NCBI GenBank assembly: GCA_036555275.1
Contig: DATBLR010000041.1
Coordinates: forward strand, 1,711-65,710
Reading direction: 5' to 3'
DNA: 64,000 nucleotides
Source of the DNA: Gemmatimonadales bacterium
GTDB taxonomy: Bacteria; Gemmatimonadota; Gemmatimonadetes; Gemmatimonadales; GWC2-71-9
Shown here: positions 33,980 through 42,160 of the stretch, piece after piece
Layout: each line of letters starts with the position of its first letter
Numbering within the stretch: the first letter of the stretch is position 1
The notes under the pieces: model-generated
Seen by the model: the letters and a program-made list of their open reading frames with translations, nothing else
Database searches by the model: none
What the model was told of the DNA's origin: nothing
Made by a program: the position numbers and the translations under genes

Positions 33980-34771
33980 ATGCCTCGAGCTGACCTTCGC
34001 ATCACCTACATTGACGGCCCGACCGCGATTCTCGAGGTCGCGGGCCTGCGGTTCCTCACCGATCCGACCTTTGACCCCGCCGGTACGGCCTACCCCACCG
34101 CGGCCTACACCCTGCGCAAGACCCGGTCTCCGGCCATGGGCCCCCAGGCAGTCGGCGATCTTGCCGGCGTCCTCCTGAGCCACGATCATCACTTCGATAA
34201 CCTCGATCATCTCGGCCGAGCCCTCCTCGCCCAGGTGCCCGCGATCTACACCACCGTGGCTGGAGCCGAACGGCTCGGCAGGAACGCGATTGGACTGGCC
34301 CCCTGGCAGTCGGTGACCTGCGCGACCCCCGACGGCCGCGCCCTGCGAATTACCGCCACCCCGGCGCGCCACGGCCCCGCGGGCGGGGATCGGGGACCCG
34401 TGGTGGGCTTCGTCCTTGAGCCGGCGGCCGGCGCGGGCGCACCGGTCTACGTCTCCGGCGATACGGGGTGGTACGACGAGGTCGCTGAAGTCGGCCGCCG
34501 CGTTCCGGTCGCCGTCGCGCTCCTCAACCTTGGGGCCGCGAAGGTGGCGGTCGCCGGGCCGGCCCCGTTGACCTTCACCGCAGCGGAGGCCGTTGCGCTC
34601 GCTGACGCGTGGCCTCAAGCGCGCATCGTGCCGCTGCATTTTGAAGGATGGGAGCACTTCACGGAGGGCCGCAGGGAGGTCGACGCGGCCTTCCGCGCCG
34701 CGGGGCTCAGCGATCGGCTCCACTGGCTGGAGCCCGGGGTGCCGACCACCTTCCCCCAGCCCGCAGCCTAG
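33980..34771 (+). CDS. MBL-fold metallo-hydrolase
   Basis: ORF 33830..34771 trimmed to ATG 33980. LLSHDHHFDNLD metal motif. TAG stop lies in GCCTAGG. Confidence 0.8.
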   Translation: MPRADLRITYIDGPTAILEVAGLRFLTDPTFDPAGTAYPTAAYTLRKTRSPAMGPQAVGDLAGVLLSHDHHFDNLDHLGRALLAQVPAIYTTVAGAERLGRNAIGLAPWQSVTCATPDGRALRITATPARHGPAGGDRGPVVGFVLEPAAGAGAPVYVSGDTGWYDEVAEVGRRVPVAVALLNLGAAKVAVAGPAPLTFTAAEAVALADAWPQARIVPLHFEGWEHFTEGRREVDAAFRAAGLSDRLHWLEPGVPTTFPQPAA

Positions 34772-34881
34772 GCCCCGAGCGGCCGCCGGGAGCCGCATGA
34801 ATCCGCCAGGACGCGGCCATCGGCTTGTAAGGGGCCGGGCTCATTGCCTTGCATGTGGGCATCCACGGTGAGACGTTGACC
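34766..34881 (+). repeat. attC-like site, family 2 left half
   Basis: GCCTAGG...AGCCGCATGAATCCGCCAGGACGCGGCCATCGG parallels the left halves at 30774 and 12202. Right end is CTTGCATGTGGGC...GAGACGTTGACC. Confidence 0.5.
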
Positions 34882-35132
34882 GCCTCGAGCCTCGGCTGGT
34901 TCACCGAGGCGGGAGCCAGGAGCAAGTTCCGTGGTACCCCGGGCCCGGAGACCCTCGCGTGGCTGGCCTCGACGCGCCTGGCGGGTCGACTGCGTCGCTA
35001 CGTGACTCGACAGGCTGGTGCGGCACGGGTCGAGGGTCGCTCCGTGCTCCCTGGCGCCGTCGCATTCACCCGGACCGGGGGGACCCTGCGGCACCGGGCG
35101 CGCGCCCAGCACGCGTATGTTGTCGCGGAGCA

Positions 35133-35223
35133 CCCTGACTAGCGCCTGGAAGAGTCCCACGCGCTGAGCCTGCAGGCATCGCCTCCCAGATGCGGAGCTG
35201 GCCTGAAGGTGCGTGAGTTGACG
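35133..35223 (+). repeat. attC-like site
   Basis: CCCTGACTAGCGCCTGGAAGAG ... GAAGGTGCGTGAGTTGACG. It closes a roughly 340-bp unit (34882-35223) whose only ORF (34849..35142) is unconvincing. Confidence 0.5.
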
Positions 35224-35283
35224 TTCTCATTGGGCTTGCGCTCGCGACACCTGCAGTCGCTGGGCGGCAGCACGGGGGCTCAC

Positions 35284-35808
35284 ATGAAAGCATCCGTCTT
35301 CGTTGGCACCAGCCTCGACGGGTTCATCGCTCGATCCAACGGGGACCTCGACTGGCTCCCGCCTGGCGGAGGCGAAGAGCACGGCTACGAGACTTTCATG
35401 GCCAGCGTCGACGCACTGGTCATCGGCCGCAAGACCTTCGAGACTGTCCTGGCCTTCGACACCTGGCCGTATGGCCCGAAGCCCGTCTTTGTGCTCAGCA
35501 CTCGCGAACTGGCCCCTGCGCCTCCCGGAGCCGTCGTGGAGCGCATGGCAGGGCCCCCGCCCGAAATCGTCGCCCAGTTGTCTGCTCGCGGCATCCGCCA
35601 CATTTACGTGGATGGCGGCCTCACCATTCAGCGCTTTCTCCAGGCGGGACTCATTCAGCGCATCATTATCACGCGGGTTCCGGTGCTCATCGGTACCGGG
35701 ATCCCGCTCTTCGGCGCGACCGGGGGTGATATCCCCTTAAGGCACATCGCCACTCGGCAGTACGCCTCCGGACTGGTTCAAAGCGAATACCAAGTCGACA
35801 CCGGGTAG
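35284..35808 (+). CDS. dihydrofolate reductase family protein (RibD C-terminal domain), second copy
   Basis: ORF 35209..35808 trimmed to ATG 35284. VFVGTSLDGFIARSNGDLDWL...ALVIGRKTFE...VFVLS...IYVDGGLTIQRFL. Confidence 0.85.
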   Translation: MKASVFVGTSLDGFIARSNGDLDWLPPGGGEEHGYETFMASVDALVIGRKTFETVLAFDTWPYGPKPVFVLSTRELAPAPPGAVVERMAGPPPEIVAQLSARGIRHIYVDGGLTIQRFLQAGLIQRIIITRVPVLIGTGIPLFGATGGDIPLRHIATRQYASGLVQSEYQVDTG

Positions 35809-36014
35809 TTCAGATGGCACCCTGCGGCTGTTGTACCTGGGCCCCCGCGCCGCGGACGTCAACGCCGCCGGCCTGACTTGGAGACCCTTGCCTAGCCTTC
35901 ATCCGTGGCTGCCGATGCCAGCGGCAACGCGGCGAGCGGAAACCGATTATGTTTCCAGAGGTACAGAAGTTCTCAGCCCTCCCCACGTCCTCGACCGCCG
36001 AACCCAGGAGTTCC

Positions 36015-36170
36015 GTGCCCAAGCGTAACTATGGCTTTGAAAAGCGGCAGAAAGAGCTGGCCAAGATCCAGAAGCGCCAGCTGAAGCAGGAGCGGCGCGC
36101 GGACCGCGCCGCGTCACGGTCGGACCAGGCACCCGAGCCACCCCCACCACCGGCCCCCGAGCCAGAGTGA
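36015..36170 (+). CDS. small basic protein, 51 aa
   Basis: GTG 36015 with AGGAG upstream, inside ORF 35949..36170. VPKRNYGFEKRQKELAKIQKRQLKQERRADR, then a Pro-rich tail. Confidence 0.5.
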   Translation: MPKRNYGFEKRQKELAKIQKRQLKQERRADRAASRSDQAPEPPPPPAPEPE

Positions 36171-36233
36171 GCAGCCCCGTTGCCGGGGATCCTTCGGCCA
36201 ACGCTATCGCCGGCGACCCATCATCTCGGGCCG

Positions 36234-36269
36234 TTCGGGCCGTGACTTCGATTCGGGCCGTGACTTCGA
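36234..36269 (+). repeat. perfect 18-bp tandem duplication
   Basis: TTCGGGCCGTGACTTCGA occurs twice in tandem. Confidence 0.85.
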
Positions 36270-36335
36270 TCCTGCCCCACGGTCGGCCTGGCCCCCACGC
36301 CATCTGCGGCACGGCTCCCTCGGACCGGAGCCTCC

Positions 36336-36653
36336 ATGTCCGCGTTTAAACCCCAGCAGCGCCATCTCACGATCCACGGGCGCGTGTATCACTTCGTCTC
36401 TTACGAGGGCGAGCCGGCCAACAAGCACCATGACCAGCCGGCACGCCCCGCCATGTGGTACCTGATGGCCGAGGGACGGCGATACCCGGCAGTCCCCTCC
36501 GACCCAACGCAGAGCGAGCCAGAGGTTGATCGCGCTCTGGCGCGCTGGGCCGTGGCCAACACACAGGGCCCGGTTGAGCCACCGCCGCGCCCCGCAGCCG
36601 CGAAAGATCACCCCCCAGCCAAGCGACCGAGGAACTGGTGGGGGCCTAACTAG
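36336..36653 (+). CDS. uncharacterised cassette family, paralogue 3
   Basis: ORF 105 aa with GGAG upstream. MSAFKPQQRHLTIHGRVYHFVSYEGEP...PAMWYLMAEGRRYP...WAVANTQGPVE...NWWGPN. It ends in the GCCTAAC-TAG junction. Confidence 0.7.
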   Translation: MSAFKPQQRHLTIHGRVYHFVSYEGEPANKHHDQPARPAMWYLMAEGRRYPAVPSDPTQSEPEVDRALARWAVANTQGPVEPPPRPAAAKDHPPAKRPRNWWGPN

Positions 36654-36762
36654 CGCGTGCACCAGTCGGGGCGCGCCCGTCACATGTGGGCCGCCGCACC
36701 TTGCCGTGTGAGCGGAATCCGGCAGGCAGACCGCTCGGCCCCGGAGGATCGCATGACCCACG
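36644..36762 (+). repeat. integron attC site, family 1 (right arm degenerate)
   Basis: GCCTAACTAGCGCGTGCACCAGTCGGGGCGCGCCCGTC ... CCGGAGGATCGCATGACCCAC. Confidence 0.6.
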
Positions 36763-36956
36763 GCAAGTCGCATATCGCCCTCCTGCTGCTCCTGCCGGCC
36801 CTTTTCGTCCCACCACGCGCCGACGCTCAGTGGGCCACGCTCGTGACGGCCGGTTACGCCACGGAAGTGCACAATGGCGACTACGCCTCCTGAAGTGCCT
36901 TCTCGCTCCGCTCGCTGCGCGAAGCGCGGCCGCTCGCCACGAAGCACGGGCTCCCG

Positions 36957-37444
36957 ATGCGGATCACCAGCCTCCTGCTCCTGGCGTTGAACATCCCTCT
37001 GCATGCGCAAGTCGAGCCCGAAGACACTACGGGCTTCCGCATCATTCTGTCGTTTCCCGTCACCGATACCCAACCTCGGCACGACGCCGTCCTCAACCGC
37101 CGTCTGGTTCTCTGCCTGCACCGCCGACTCCACGCCAACGGCACCCAGATGGGATGGTACGCCGCGGTCTACCGCCGGCCTGCTCAGGATACGAGCCGCA
37201 ATCTCCTCTTCCACAGCCTCGCCTGGCACGGCCCTACCCAACCGACCTCCTCGCTTGGCTCCACGCGGAAGCATACTATCCCGATGACCGCGTACTCCCG
37301 GTCTATGGGGAACCCTTCGAGTTAAGGCTGGTGTGTCGCATCTGCCGAACGGCCGGGGACAGCACCTTCGTCCATTTCAGCTCGGGCACGGTCGAGGTTG
37401 GCGTCCGGCGCGCGAAGCCAGTGCCGGCCGTGTTGTCCAACTAG
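36957..37444 (+). pseudogene. hypothetical secreted protein, one frameshift
   Basis: Signal MRITSLLLLALNIPLHAQ (ORF 36957..37325). The sequence continues in the frame ending at 37444 (LLAWLHAEAYYPDDRVLPVYGEPFELRLVCRIC...). Confidence 0.45.
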
Positions 37445-37472
37445 GTCAGACGCTGGGGGTCCGTCCCGCACG

Positions 37473-37901
37473 ATGCGCCTCTGGACTCTTCACCCCAAGT
37501 ACCTGGACCCCCAAGGGCTGGTTGCGGCCTGGCGCGAGGCGTTGCTGGCCAAGGCCGTCCTCCTGGGTCGCACGCGCGGCTACCGCTCGCACCCGCAGCT
37601 CACCCGCTTTCGCGCGGCCCGGCGCCCTCTCGCGGCCCTGAATAGCTACCTCCTCGCCATCCACGAAGAGGCGCGGCGTCGCGGCTACACCTTTGATGCA
37701 CGGAAACTCGGCCGGGCAAGGGACCCGCGCCTTCTCCCGGCCACCACCGGCCAAGTGGACCATGAATGGCGGCATCTCCGGGCCAAGCTGCGTCGCCGGC
37801 ACCCGGGCTGGCTGGCCCGGTGGCGCAACGTCACGGTCCCGGACACCCACCCCAGCTTTCGGCTTCGGGCCGGTCCCATCGCGCCATGGGAGCGGACCTG
37901 A
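37473..37901 (+). CDS. pyrimidine dimer DNA glycosylase / endonuclease V family protein
   Basis: ORF 37398..37901 trimmed to ATG 37473. MRLWTLHPKYLDPQGLVAAWREALLAKAVLLGRTRGYRSHPQL. Confidence 0.8.
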   Translation: MRLWTLHPKYLDPQGLVAAWREALLAKAVLLGRTRGYRSHPQLTRFRAARRPLAALNSYLLAIHEEARRRGYTFDARKLGRARDPRLLPATTGQVDHEWRHLRAKLRRRHPGWLARWRNVTVPDTHPSFRLRAGPIAPWERT

Positions 37902-38007
37902 TGCCGCCCGCCTCCGTTTTGTTCGATCCCTATGGGCGCCTGGGGAGGCCTACCCCGCTTATCGACCCGAACGGCACGACGCCACTTTCGCCCCGTCCCG
38001 GTGATCG

Positions 38008-38460
38008 ATGACTCCTCCACCGTGGGACACGCACAATCCGGCCTTTGAGCACGCCGTCCGGGAGAGTTTCAGCCTGCAGGCGCACATGGCTACGCTGAAT
38101 GCTCGCATCACCCGACTGGAGCCCGGGATCGTGGATCTCACCGCCCCTTTCGACCCGCGCTTCGGACAGCAGAACGGCTTCTGGCATGCAGGCGCCGTCG
38201 CCAGCCTGGCGGACTCCGCCAACGGCTACGCCGCATTGACGCTCGCCCCTGCCGGCACGGACGTGCTCGCGGTGGAGTTCAAGATCAACCTGCTCGCCCC
38301 AGCCAAGGGGGACAGCTTCCGGGCGGCGGGCCGGGTGATTCGCCCCGGCCGCACGCTCACGGTGTGCCTGGCGGAGGTGTACGGAGTCTCGGCCGGCATC
38401 GGCACCCTGGTCGCCACCATGCTTTCTACCATCATCATCCGCCCTGTGTCGCGAACCTGA
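38008..38460 (+). CDS. PaaI-family hotdog thioesterase
   Basis: ORF 150 aa. NGFWHAGAVASLADSANGYAA...AVEFKINLLAPAKGD...GRVIRPGRTLTVC. Confidence 0.8.
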   Translation: MTPPPWDTHNPAFEHAVRESFSLQAHMATLNARITRLEPGIVDLTAPFDPRFGQQNGFWHAGAVASLADSANGYAALTLAPAGTDVLAVEFKINLLAPAKGDSFRAAGRVIRPGRTLTVCLAEVYGVSAGIGTLVATMLSTIIIRPVSRT

Positions 38461-38483
38461 GCCGGGAGTGGGGTTCGCGGCGT

Positions 38484-39191
38484 TCAAGATTCACCGCCTC
38501 GCGCTGCAAGCCGCCGCCGCACTACGGGACTGGTAAGCTCCTTGAGCGCCCCCTTCCCCACCCACCGCGCCGCGGGCTTCGACGACTCCGCCAACCGCCG
38601 TGACACCTCGACCGCAGCGGCGTTCAGCGCCTGGTTGCGCCGCCCGATGACGCGTAGCGCCCAGCTCACACCCTTCTTGACGAAATTCCGGTCATCGGCA
38701 GCGGCGCGTTCGACGAGCACCAGGGACCTCAGGAATGCCTCGTCACCGGCGCGCTTGTCGTGCAGGGAAAGGCCGGCCAGCAGCGCGAACGCCGCCCGCT
38801 TGACGAACTCGTCGCGCCGCCGGCTCCACTGCTCAACCTTCTGCCAGGCGTGGGGCGTCCGGTCGAACAGGTGGAAGCACACCGTATCGCAGATTGCCCA
38901 GTTGTCGAAGTCCCGGGCCCAGCGGTCCATCTGCGCAGGCGTGATACGGGCCGGGTCGTCGATGAACGAGGTCAGCATGCGGGCCTCGTACCAGCCGGTC
39001 TTCCAGAGGGCGGCGGCAAGATCGTGGTCCCGCCCAAGGCGCCTGGCCAGCTGTTGCAGCGTCGACACGGACACGCCGAACACCTTGTCTGCCACAATTC
39101 CGTAGCGAGCCATACCCTCACGGTTCCGCTTGCTGCCGCGGCGCTCCAGCCACACGAGCACCTCGCGGACCCTGGTGGCCTTCGAGCTCAC
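38484..39191 (-). CDS. DNA alkylation repair protein (AlkD-like HEAT repeats)
   Basis: ORF 235 aa. LWKTGWYEARMLTSFIDDP...WARDFDNWAICDTVCFHLF...NFVKKGVSWALR. Confidence 0.8.
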   Translation of the reverse strand: MSSKATRVREVLVWLERRGSKRNREGMARYGIVADKVFGVSVSTLQQLARRLGRDHDLAAALWKTGWYEARMLTSFIDDPARITPAQMDRWARDFDNWAICDTVCFHLFDRTPHAWQKVEQWSRRRDEFVKRAAFALLAGLSLHDKRAGDEAFLRSLVLVERAAADDRNFVKKGVSWALRVIGRRNQALNAAAVEVSRRLAESSKPAARWVGKGALKELTSPVVRRRLAARGGES

Positions 39192-39676
39192 ACCAGCGCC
39201 CTGAGCATCTCATCAAGCCGGGCGAAGCTCTGGTCGGATCCCTCCTTCATTCCGGTCTTGAGCGCGGCGTCGCGCGCCTCCTTCGTCGGGTAGGTGATTG
39301 TGAGCGTGATCGTCGTCTGCCCTCCCGACTCGGCGAGGACCAGCGAGTTGACGGTCTCGGGCCACTCGGGGCCCCACTTCTCGGTCGAGACCAGTCGCTC
39401 CGGAGGGACAACCTCACGATAGGAGCCGCCCATCGCCAGCTCGCTGCCGTCGGACTTGCGCCAAACGTACCGCCACGACCCCCCCGGGAGCAGGTCGATC
39501 TCACATACCGGCATGGTCCACCCCTCGGGGCCGAGCAGCCACTGCGACACGTGCCTGGGATTGGTCCAGGCGTCGAAGACGACACGGCGCGACGCGTCCA
39601 CGACGCGCGTGATCACCACCTCCCGATCCGTGGGGGTCGAATACGTCGTGACGCCGGTCTTAGCTCCGCTGGTCAT
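39188..39676 (-). CDS. SRPBCC family protein (AHSA1/Aha1-like), second module
   Basis: ORF 39188..39847 trimmed to ATG 39674-39676. EVVITRVVDASRRVVFDAWTNPRHVSQW...TITLTITYPTKEARDAALKTGM. Confidence 0.8.
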   Translation of the reverse strand: MTSGAKTGVTTYSTPTDREVVITRVVDASRRVVFDAWTNPRHVSQWLLGPEGWTMPVCEIDLLPGGSWRYVWRKSDGSELAMGGSYREVVPPERLVSTEKWGPEWPETVNSLVLAESGGQTTITLTITYPTKEARDAALKTGMKEGSDQSFARLDEMLRALV

Positions 39677-40016
39677 CGGTATTCCCCTCGTGCTTGAGTT
39701 GCTGGAGGTAGGCATCGAGCCGCGCGTAGCTCGCATCCCAGAAGCGCCGGAACTCCCCGGCCCACTCGGCCACCTCCTTGAGGGGCGCGGCGTCAAGGGT
39801 GCGGGGACGCCACTGCGCTTCGCGTCCTCGCTGGATGAGCCCCGCACGCTCGAGCACGCGAAGGTGTTTCGAAACAGCGGGGCCGCTCATCTCGAAGGGG
39901 GCCGAGAGCTCCTTTACCGTCGCTGAGCCGTTGGCGAGCCGGGTGAGGATCGCGCGCCGCGTCGGGTCGGCGAGGGCGAAGAAGGTGGCGCTAAGGGCAT
40001 CGGAAGTTGGTCGCAT
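39660..40016 (-). CDS. ArsR/SmtB family transcriptional regulator, second module
   Basis: ORF 39660..40031 trimmed to ATG 40014-40016. FFALADPTRRAILTRLANGSATVKELSAPFEMSGPAVSKHLRVLERAGLI. Confidence 0.9.
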   Translation of the reverse strand: MRPTSDALSATFFALADPTRRAILTRLANGSATVKELSAPFEMSGPAVSKHLRVLERAGLIQRGREAQWRPRTLDAAPLKEVAEWAGEFRRFWDASYARLDAYLQQLKHEGNTDDQRS

Positions 40017-40036
40017 CGCGTTGTGTAGCAATGTGG

Positions 40037-40067
40037 ATAACTATGAAGTTATTTAACCGTATGGTTA
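40037..40067. promoter_or_regulatory. two adjacent palindromes, ArsR operator candidates
   Basis: ATAACTATGAAGTTAT (40037-40052) and TAACCGTATGGTTA (40054-40067), in the only AT-rich stretch nearby. Half-sites resemble those at 33791. Confidence 0.5.
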
Positions 40068-40241
40068 TTTACACCTCGCCAAGCTCCTTGTCAAGGCAGT
40101 GCCGTTCTGACCAGCCCTTGTGCCGCGCTCTCCATTCGCACGCGGGTGGGTGCACCAGCGGGAGCGGCGGTTGACGCCCCATTTTAGGGCCGGCCGCAGA
40201 GCAGGTGCCGGCCGACTTCCCCGGCCTCTGGTCAGCCACCT

Positions 40242-40365
40242 GCCTAACTAACTCCCCGGCGCGGGCACGCCTCGGAGATCGATGGCCCAACGGCCGGCTC
40301 CAGCCGCGCCCGGGTGAGCTTGCCGAGACGGCTCATGGCCTGCAGCTTATGCAGAGTCCTCAGGC
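40242..40365 (+). repeat. integron attC site, family 2
   Basis: GCCTAACTAACTCCCCGGCGCGGGCACGCC ... GAGCTTGCCGAGACGGCTCATGGCCTGCAGCTTATGCAGAGTCCTCAGGC. 124 bp. Confidence 0.7.
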
Positions 40366-40416
40366 TGGCTCCGGTTGTCATTCACACTAGCCGTGGAAAG
40401 GGAGGGCCTCCCTGCC

Positions 40417-40956
40417 ATGCCCCTGCGCTCCGGTCTGTACATCGTCCCCACCGACCATTGGTACATCGAACGCACTGTATGGCTCGTCGCCGGGTGCGTC
40501 CTCCTCATCGCGACCGCGCTGGCTGCCCTCGTCCAGCCCTACTGGGTGCTCGTCGTCATCGCGACCGCCGGCGCCTCGATCGTGGTTGCGCTCACCGGCT
40601 TCTGCCTGGTCGGCAACCTGCTGGCCCGCCTCGGCTTCACGCCCAGGCTCGCCCGTCGGGGCTGGAAACCCGGCGACCTCTACCTCCTGCAGACGGACGG
40701 GTGGTACCTGGAACGCCGGATCTACCTGGCCGTCGGGGTCAATCTGACGATTGCCTCGGTGCTTTCCCTCGTCCACAGCCCCTGGTGGCTCCTGTTCACG
40801 GGGTTCGTCGGAACGGCCATGGTCTGGTTTGCTGCCACCGGCTTCTGCATCATGGCGAATGGGCTGTACTGGATGGGCGCCGAGCCGCGCCTGGCCCCCC
40901 GATGTGACCCTGCGCCGGGCGTCGACCCGGACGCCCACCACCACGCACCGGCCTGA
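40417..40956 (+). CDS. tandem double DUF2892 (YgaP-like) membrane protein
   Basis: ORF 40375..40956 trimmed to ATG 40417 (GGGAGGG upstream). Two repeats: WYIERTVWLVAGCV...ALTGFCLVGNLLARLGF and WYLERRIYLAVGVN...AATGFCIMANGLYWMG. Confidence 0.7.
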   Translation: MPLRSGLYIVPTDHWYIERTVWLVAGCVLLIATALAALVQPYWVLVVIATAGASIVVALTGFCLVGNLLARLGFTPRLARRGWKPGDLYLLQTDGWYLERRIYLAVGVNLTIASVLSLVHSPWWLLFTGFVGTAMVWFAATGFCIMANGLYWMGAEPRLAPRCDPAPGVDPDAHHHAPA

Positions 40957-41022
40957 GCGGGCTTGAGGGGCTGGGACATTGCCTGCCCAGCCACGCCGGC
41001 AGGTGATGTTCGGGAGCTAACT
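40951..41022 (+). repeat. short attC-like site
   Basis: GCCTGAG...GGCTGGG/CCCAGCC stem...CGGCAGGTGATGTTCGGGAGCTAACT. TGA stop lies in the first heptamer. Confidence 0.4.
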
Positions 41023-41102
41023 CGGGATCGTTCGACGCGGCGCCTGCTAACGGCCCTTCTGCGCTGCGGCCAACCCAGCCATCTCCCCGTGCGGAGCATC
41101 TC

Positions 41103-41297
41103 ATGGACAAATCTCGAGCTCGGCGAGCAGCCCCGTTCCTCCCCCCGCTCCTCATTGGCCTGGTCAGCGCCCAGCACGCCGCCGCAAACATCCGCACCGT
41201 CGACTTCCTCCTGGTCTTTGCCGCCGGGGCACTCATCGGCGTCGGTCTGATGGGTCTGATTCAAGTGCTCCGATCCCGAGACCCTCAGCACTCGTGA
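41103..41297 (+). CDS. small membrane protein
   Basis: ORF 64 aa with two hydrophobic helices. Confidence 0.5.
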   Translation: MDKSRARRAAPFLPPLLIGLVSAQHAAANIRTVDFLLVFAAGALIGVGLMGLIQVLRSRDPQHS

Positions 41298-41337
41298 GCC
41301 ACGTACCTTCCGGCTCAGCCAAGGCACACAGGGTTCC

Positions 41338-41988
41338 ATGCCTCTGCTGAAGCCGGGCTGGATGCGGCGCCGCTGGAAGCTCCTCCTCGGCGGTGGTGTT
41401 GTCGTTGCCTACGGCCTGAGCGGCGGCTGCTATGCCCAGCAGCTGCCGCCATCGCCATCGCCAGAGGAGGCCGCGGTCCTGCGCCAGGGGGCCCTCCCCT
41501 ACGCCGTCATCGTCGCTCCCTGGGACTCCATCGCCGCGGCTCGTCAGCACCAGGACCGGCAGGCCTACGCAGACGCCACGTTCCGCTGGCTGCGACACTC
41601 CGGCGCCTTTGCCACCGTCCGGCTCGGGAACGGCCAAGACAGCACGGCTGATTTCCTCGCCTTCCCAACCGGCGCCTACTGCAACACCGCCGTGATCCCG
41701 GTGTTCACGATTCTCTCCCTTGGGCTGATTCCCACGATCTTTACCGACACCAACTGCGAGGGCGCGGTCCTCCATCCACTGCACCCTCCCACCGGCCGGC
41801 CCGATTCCGTGGTGCTAAGCTCCGAACTTTCAGGCCGCGTGATCATGGGCTGGCTGGCACTCCCAGTCGGAGCATTCCCGGGATGGACTCATGGTGACGC
41901 GCGGGACCATACCCGGTATCGGAACCAGGTACGCCTGAGCATCCTGTCGCATCGCTCACGGCTTGTCGCGCTGGCGGGGTCACCGTGA
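41338..41988 (+). CDS. hypothetical lipoprotein
   Basis: ORF 216 aa. N-terminal LLLGGGVVVAYGLSGGC lipobox-like. No family recognised. Confidence 0.55.
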   Translation: MPLLKPGWMRRRWKLLLGGGVVVAYGLSGGCYAQQLPPSPSPEEAAVLRQGALPYAVIVAPWDSIAAARQHQDRQAYADATFRWLRHSGAFATVRLGNGQDSTADFLAFPTGAYCNTAVIPVFTILSLGLIPTIFTDTNCEGAVLHPLHPPTGRPDSVVLSSELSGRVIMGWLALPVGAFPGWTHGDARDHTRYRNQVRLSILSHRSRLVALAGSP

Positions 41989-42160
41989 AGGGTGCTGGCT
42001 CCCCGTGAAGCCGAGTTTTCAGGCCTTGGATCCACGTCGTTCGGCTCCGGCCTGACCGGCGGAAGCCGGCCGGCATTCCCTGTGCGAGTCTGCGCAGCCT
42101 GCGGACCCTGCCCTGACATCTGGCTATGCGGCTCGGGCGGAGGGCGCTATCCTACCAGGC

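Noticed and set aside
34849-35142. 97-aa ORF in the small unit 34882-35223, and the antisense ORF 34768..35160.
   Set aside because: Arg-rich, no RBS, and the start lies inside the preceding attC. The stop next to CCCTGAC is suggestive, but this is insufficient to call a gene.
36204-37274. 356-aa minus-strand ORF.
   Set aside because: It is antisense to paralogue 3, its attC and the secreted-protein pseudogene. The composition is Arg/Gly-rich and no motifs are present.
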